Assembly: GCA_036679645.1 (NCBI GenBank)
Contig: JAZDCY010000049.1
Span: 1-14,851, forward strand
Direction of reading: 5' to 3'
Length of the DNA stretch: 14,851 nucleotides
Source of the DNA: Gemmatimonadota bacterium
GTDB lineage: Bacteria > Gemmatimonadota > Gemmatimonadetes > Gemmatimonadales > GWC2-71-9
The position numbers and the translations under genes are program-made. The notes under the pieces are model-generated. The model saw only the letters and a program-made list of their open reading frames with translations, searched no databases and was not told the origin of the DNA. Within the stretch, counting starts at the first letter, position 1; each line of letters starts with the position of its first letter. Shown piece after piece: positions 7,074 through 11,754 of this stretch.

Positions 7074-9192
7074 TGCACGCGGCCGGGTCTACCGGACCCG
7101 GCTCCGTCAGAACGCGCAGGACGAACGCTCCTGTTTGGCCGGGCGCGACCGACGACGCGGCGACCCGATAGGTTGCCGTCTCCGGGAACGTGAGCGTGAG
7201 TCGTGCATTGCAGGCACCGGCGCCGTCGTCGTCTGTCTCGAGGTCGAGTCCCGCGCCGGTTGCGATCAGAATCGCGTCGAATTCGTCGGACAGCAGCTCG
7301 ATCGTAACCGACTCCCCGGCCGTTCCGTCGATTTCGTAGAGCAACACATAGCTGCCCTCGATTTGTGATGCCGATACGGAGTCGAGATCCGCATGGAGTT
7401 CCGTCCCGAGGGCAATGGTTCCCGTGACAGGCAACCCGTCGAGTTGTGCGCTCATCTCGTCCGCATCGGGATCGGAAGTGTTGCACCGGGCCACGCCGGG
7501 ATCCGTACCCGGGGTTACGAACAGTGAGTAGGGACCGGTCTCCCCCGGGCTGAACGTGGTCACGACGACCCGATATGACCCGTCTTCCGGAAAGGTGACG
7601 ACGAGGCGCGAGTTGGAGTCGTCACCGCAATCGTCATCCATGGCATCGAATGCGAGTCCGGGGCCGATGACGAGCACGACGGCGTCGAATGCGTCCGAGA
7701 TGAGGTCGATCGTGACCATCTCACCGGCGTGCGCCGTGTACTCCCACGTGTGGGCGTACGGGCCTTCGCCCAACAGACTGGCGTTCTCCTCGGAGATCGT
7801 GCCGTTTCCCTCGCTCTCCGCCGAGAGTGTTCCCTGGGGCGGCAGCGCCATGAGTTGAACGACCGCTTCATCCTGCATCTCGTCGCTGCATTCGCCGCCG
7901 ACAGGTGGGCTTGCCTCCCCGGGGGCGGCCGCGCTCAGCGTGAAGGTGCCCGTAGCGGCGACGAACGAACTAACCACTACGCGGTACGTACCGGTCTCGG
8001 GGAACGTCACGGTGATGCGAGCGTGACATTGCCCGCCGCCGTCGTCGTCGGTGAGCGGGATCCGCAGCCCGGGACCGGTGAGATGCAAGAAGGCGTCGAA
8101 CTCATCCGAGACCAGGTCGATTGTCAGTTCGTCGGCGAACGTGGCGTCGAGGGCGTAGGCGCGGACGTGCGCACCGCTCGGCAACGTTGGATCGTCTGAC
8201 TCGAGCGCTTCGGCAAGCGGCCGGCCAATTACCAGGCGTCCTGACTCGGGCAGCGCGGCCAGCACGGAAGCGGGCGTATGCGCGGTGCGACACGCCTCGT
8301 CCGCCGCCGGCGGTGGCGCGTCGGTGACGCGGATCGCGTACGCGCCGCGGTGATCGTCGCCCAACGAGCCGGCCAGGATGAGGTAGGTCCCGTCGGTCTC
8401 CAGGTCGAGCGTGAGCCGCGCGTCACAGTAGCCCGCACCGTCATCGTCGATCAGGGCCGCCTGCGTGCGTGGTGGGAGTACCGTCAGATACGCATCGACG
8501 TCGAGCGAGATGAGATCGATGGTGACGCTCGTTCCGGCGCGACCCTCGAGCCCCCAGATTTGAACCCGACGGCCATCGGGGAGTTCAGGGTCCTCGTCGG
8601 TGAAGACGCCGTTGACGCTGTCACCGAGTGCTACCGTGCCGACACGGGGCAACAGCAGTACCGTGGCGGTATCGAGGGCAGGTCCCTCGGGCTCGGAGGT
8701 CGCGATCCCGGAACACATCTCCTCGCTGGGTGGGTCGGGGGTCTTGGTGACCCGCAGGGTAAAGGCGCCGACCGCTCCGGCGCTGACGGAGTTCACGACG
8801 ACCACGTAGGAACCGGTATCCGCCAGTGTATGGGTGATGCGGGCGTTGCAGCCACCGGCGCCGTCATCATCGGTGAGCGGATTGGTAATGCCCGGCCCGA
8901 CGAGCATGAGAAACGCGTCGAACTCCTGCGAGATCAGGTCGACGGTGACCGTCTGCCCGGCTGCCTGGAGTGCCCAACCCTGCGCGAATGTTCCGTCCGG
9001 CATGGGGAAGTCGCTCGCGGCGAGTACGCCGGCGTGCTCGCGGCCCAGCTCGAGGCGACGGTCCGCCACCGGGAGCGATCGGAACTCTTGGCCGGCGAGT
9101 ACGGTGGCCGTCCCCAGAGTCATGCAGGCCGCGATCGCCGGAGGGCACCAGCGCAAGGATAAGCGCATTCGTTGCTCGTGGTTGGGGTTCAT
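7066..9192 (-). CDS. Secreted protein made of five tandem PPC-like (pre-peptidase C-terminal) beta-sandwich domains, no catalytic domain
   Basis: Signal peptide ending around TATVLAG-Q. Five ~135-140 aa repeats with consensus VTIDLISxxFDAxLxxxGPG...DDDGAGxCxARLTxTFPExGxYRVVV...TGAFTL. ATGA overlap with the selA stop and an 8-nt overlap with purN. Confidence 0.85.
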   Translation of the reverse strand: MNPNHEQRMRLSLRWCPPAIAACMTLGTATVLAGQEFRSLPVADRRLELGREHAGVLAASDFPMPDGTFAQGWALQAAGQTVTVDLISQEFDAFLMLVGPGITNPLTDDDGAGGCNARITHTLADTGSYVVVVNSVSAGAVGAFTLRVTKTPDPPSEEMCSGIATSEPEGPALDTATVLLLPRVGTVALGDSVNGVFTDEDPELPDGRRVQIWGLEGRAGTSVTIDLISLDVDAYLTVLPPRTQAALIDDDGAGYCDARLTLDLETDGTYLILAGSLGDDHRGAYAIRVTDAPPPAADEACRTAHTPASVLAALPESGRLVIGRPLAEALESDDPTLPSGAHVRAYALDATFADELTIDLVSDEFDAFLHLTGPGLRIPLTDDDGGGQCHARITVTFPETGTYRVVVSSFVAATGTFTLSAAAPGEASPPVGGECSDEMQDEAVVQLMALPPQGTLSAESEGNGTISEENASLLGEGPYAHTWEYTAHAGEMVTIDLISDAFDAVVLVIGPGLAFDAMDDDCGDDSNSRLVVTFPEDGSYRVVVTTFSPGETGPYSLFVTPGTDPGVARCNTSDPDADEMSAQLDGLPVTGTIALGTELHADLDSVSASQIEGSYVLLYEIDGTAGESVTIELLSDEFDAILIATGAGLDLETDDDGAGACNARLTLTFPETATYRVAASSVAPGQTGAFVLRVLTEPGPVDPAACNG
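7072..9081 (-). repeat. Five diverged intragenic tandem domain repeats (~410 nt period)
   Basis: The DDD(G/C) motif recurs at residues ~108, 249, 382, 519 and 654 of the 708-aa ORF. Repeats are clear at protein level and diverged at DNA level. Confidence 0.85.
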
Positions 9193-10310
9193 GCCACCGC
9201 GGCGGCAGCCGCGGCCGCGACGGTGTCGAATTCGTCGTCGCGCAGTGTCCGGACGTCGAGCAGCACCGCTCCGTCACCGGCACGCGCGATGACCGGTGGG
9301 TCATGGCGCCGCAGCGCCGTGAGGAAGTTATCAGGATGGGCCGCGGGAATCACCACGAGGGTGGTCGGCAGATCCGCTTCGGGGAATGCGCCGCCGCCGA
9401 CCGACGACTGACCGGGCGCCGTGGTGACGCCGATCTTCCGAGCGAGCCGACGCGCGCGGCGCTTCAGGAGATCGTGTGGTGCCGTCAGCATCGCCAGCGT
9501 GGGGATCTCCCGTATGGCGGCATCCCGATCACGATATAACGCGAGCGTCGCCTCGAGTGCGCCGATGGTGATCTTGTCCGGGCGCAGCGCCCGCGCGAGT
9601 GGATGGGTCGCGACTTGGGAGATCGTCTTCTGCGGGCCGGCGATGATCCCCGCCTGAGGGCCGCCCAGGAGCTTGTCACCCGAGAAGACCGCGACGGCCC
9701 CAGCGGCGACGCTGTCTCTGGCCATCGGCTCGCCAGAGAGGCCCCACGGGGAGAGATCGACGAGGAGTCCGCTGCCCACGTCGTGAATCACCGGGATGCC
9801 TCGCGGTTGCATGAGCCTCGCGAGGTCGTCGATGGTACACTCGGTCACGAAGCCGGAGAGCGTGAAGTTCGATCGGTGGACCTTGAGCGCGCACCGTGTC
9901 CGCGGTCCGATGGCGGCCTCGTAGTCCCGCAGCCGCGTGCGATTGGTCGTGCCGACCTCGACCAGCACACTGCCACTACGCGCGAGGATATCCGGGATCC
10001 GGAACCCCCCGCCGATCTCGACCAGTTCGCCACGGGATACGATCGTCTCGCCGTCGGCCGCAAGGGCGCTCAGCGTCAGAAACACGGCAGCGGCCGCGTT
10101 CGTGACGACCAACGCGTCCTCCGCACCGGTCAGCTCCCTAACAAGGGCACTCGTATGTCGTTGCCGCGAGCCGCGGCCACCGGCGTCTAGATCGTACTCC
10201 AGCGCGCTGTACCACGCGCCGTCGAGCCCAGCGCGGATGGCCGACTCCGCAAGCGGGGCGCGCCCGAGATTCGTATGGAGAACGACACCTGTTGCGTTCA
10301 CCACGCGCAC
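9189..10310 (-). CDS. selA: L-seryl-tRNA(Sec) selenium transferase (selenocysteine synthase), catalytic PLP domain; separated from its N-terminal domain by a frameshift
   Basis: Motifs VVNATGVVLHTNLGRAPL, LEYDL..G.RGSR, VSRGELVEIGGGFRIPD, EVGTTNRT, LKVHRSNF, FSGDKLLGGPQAG (PLP lysine), RALRPDK and VGGGAFP. The homologous frame extends to ~10325 (ERRSL) but has no proper start there. Confidence 0.93.
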   Translation of the reverse strand: MRVVNATGVVLHTNLGRAPLAESAIRAGLDGAWYSALEYDLDAGGRGSRQRHTSALVRELTGAEDALVVTNAAAAVFLTLSALAADGETIVSRGELVEIGGGFRIPDILARSGSVLVEVGTTNRTRLRDYEAAIGPRTRCALKVHRSNFTLSGFVTECTIDDLARLMQPRGIPVIHDVGSGLLVDLSPWGLSGEPMARDSVAAGAVAVFSGDKLLGGPQAGIIAGPQKTISQVATHPLARALRPDKITIGALEATLALYRDRDAAIREIPTLAMLTAPHDLLKRRARRLARKIGVTTAPGQSSVGGGAFPEADLPTTLVVIPAAHPDNFLTALRRHDPPVIARAGDGAVLLDVRTLRDDEFDTVAAAAAAAVA

Positions 10311-10471
10311 CAGCGAGCGACGTTCCCGCCGCCGTGTGCTCGCGCGGTAGCGAGCGTGTCGCGTATGGCCTGTACCACCACGGCCCGCGGCGATGTGGCA
10401 GTGAGACCCGCCTCTTTCGCATCGGCCATGAGCGTGTTCACCGCCGGAAGCCGTCGCCGCCGGTCGGTCAT
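10298..10471 (-). pseudogene. selA: N-terminal fragment of SelA (tRNA-Sec-binding domain), out of frame with the rest of selA
   Basis: ATG 10471 overlaps the upstream TGA (ATGA) and reads MTDRRRRLPAVNTLMADA...PRAVVVQAIRDTLATARAHGG, matching the SelA N-terminal R.LPSVD.L...R..V..A.R..L...R pattern. It runs out of frame at ~10326-10333 and stops at 10298-10300. Confidence 0.75.
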
Positions 10472-11754
10472 GGGGGCGGTGGTTCCTCGGGCGCCTCGGG
10501 CACGATCAGGAGCGTGCGAGACTCCGCCACGGCACCGTTGACGTTCGCGACGACCGCGTCGATTACATAACGCGCCCCCGGCACCAGCGGGGTGGCCAGG
10601 CGGATCACCCATTCGTCGATCAAGGCGGGCCGTTCGAGGAGGAGACGTTCGATGCGGGTCGTGTCGGCAGCGGCTTGGGTGGTATCCTGGGCCGCCTCTG
10701 CGGGCCTTGCACGATCCGCATCCCGACGCGCGTCCGTCGTATCCGCCGCGGCCGAATCGTCCGGCGCGACAGCGGCGACAGTGTCCGCGGCCGCGAGGGA
10801 GTCGGCCAGCGCCTGCGCTGCAACTGAATCCGCCACGCGCGCCGCCTCGATCTCCACCGCATGAACGGAATCGTAGACCGTAGGTGTCCAGACCGCCGCA
10901 AGCGCAATTGGGAGGGAATCGGGAAGAATACGTACGGTGATGACCGCGCTGTCGGCGGGTCCCGGTTCCAGGTTCTGACTGAACGTGACGCGCACGGTGA
11001 CGCTGTCGACCAGCGTCGTCTGACGCAGCTGCGGCCCGGCGGAATCGTGCGCGAAGGCCCAGAACACGCTCGTCGCGGTCGAGTCGACGGTCACCGCCAA
11101 GGAATCGTAGGACTCACGCCGGTCGCGTTGCCGGTTGCCGTTGCCGTCGACGGTTGCAAACACCTGGTACTGGCCTAGGGGGAGGGCCGTGAACGTGAAA
11201 TCGCCGGCCGAATCTGTTTGCGTCACGTAGACGAGCGAGTCCGGCATCAGTACGGCCTCGACCAGGCTCTGCGCGGAAGCTCGTTGTGCGGCCCAGTCGA
11301 TCACGGTGCCGGTGTAGGTCGTCGCCGGGATCGGCCCGCCGGTGGAGAAGATCAGCGTGACCCGGTCCTTGAGTCGGTTGTTGCTCAGGTCGGTCATGCC
11401 CGGCAGCAGCGTCAGATGGTACACGGTGCCAGGGAGCCACCCGCCGCCGGGACGCACTGTCAGGCGGCTCCGTTTCCACGACACGTTGATCTTTTCCGGT
11501 CGCGGCGAGAGGAGCACCAGGTTGTCGAGCCCGCCTCCGGACTGCTCGCTGATCACCTCGTCGAACTGGAACTCCGCGTCGCCGTCGAAGTCCGGGAGCA
11601 CCGCGCCTGAATCGGGGCGCGTTGACAGCAGGACGGGCGGCGCGAAATCCTCCGGGCCGCCCGGCGGGTTTCCCATGGATGCGCAGCCGGCGAGCAGAAC
11701 TAGCAGCCCAGGACGCGCAGCTTCTCGGAAAGCGTGGCGCGTTGGTCTCGCCAC
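10468..11754 (-). CDS. Ig-like (Big_5-type) domain lipoprotein with an Asp-Ser/Thr-rich, Ala-rich C-terminal stalk
   Basis: GTG 11754 with a strong SD (GAAGGAG, 5-nt spacing). Lipobox LLAG-C (Cys24, 11683-11685) followed by CASMGNPPGGPEDFAPP..., F.FDE.I, W.PGTVY.L...G.TDLSNN, L.FSTG, and a second beta-sandwich with DGNGN. This family pattern is typical of FCB-group bacteria. Confidence 0.82.
   Translation of the reverse strand: MARPTRHAFREAARPGLLVLLAGCASMGNPPGGPEDFAPPVLLSTRPDSGAVLPDFDGDAEFQFDEVISEQSGGGLDNLVLLSPRPEKINVSWKRSRLTVRPGGGWLPGTVYHLTLLPGMTDLSNNRLKDRVTLIFSTGGPIPATTYTGTVIDWAAQRASAQSLVEAVLMPDSLVYVTQTDSAGDFTFTALPLGQYQVFATVDGNGNRQRDRRESYDSLAVTVDSTATSVFWAFAHDSAGPQLRQTTLVDSVTVRVTFSQNLEPGPADSAVITVRILPDSLPIALAAVWTPTVYDSVHAVEIEAARVADSVAAQALADSLAAADTVAAVAPDDSAAADTTDARRDADRARPAEAAQDTTQAAADTTRIERLLLERPALIDEWVIRLATPLVPGARYVIDAVVANVNGAVAESRTLLIVPEAPEEPPPP

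Noticed and set aside
9192..9225. Poly-Ala C-terminus of SelA as a repeat expansion
   Set aside because: The Ala codons are mixed and the segment matches the expected terminal helix, so it is ordinary low complexity.
10320..10340. Programmed -1 ribosomal frameshift restoring SelA
   Set aside because: The junction C_GGG_AAC is not a canonical X_XXY_YYZ site, and the joined protein would still appear to lack the linker helix. Deletion or assembly error fits better.
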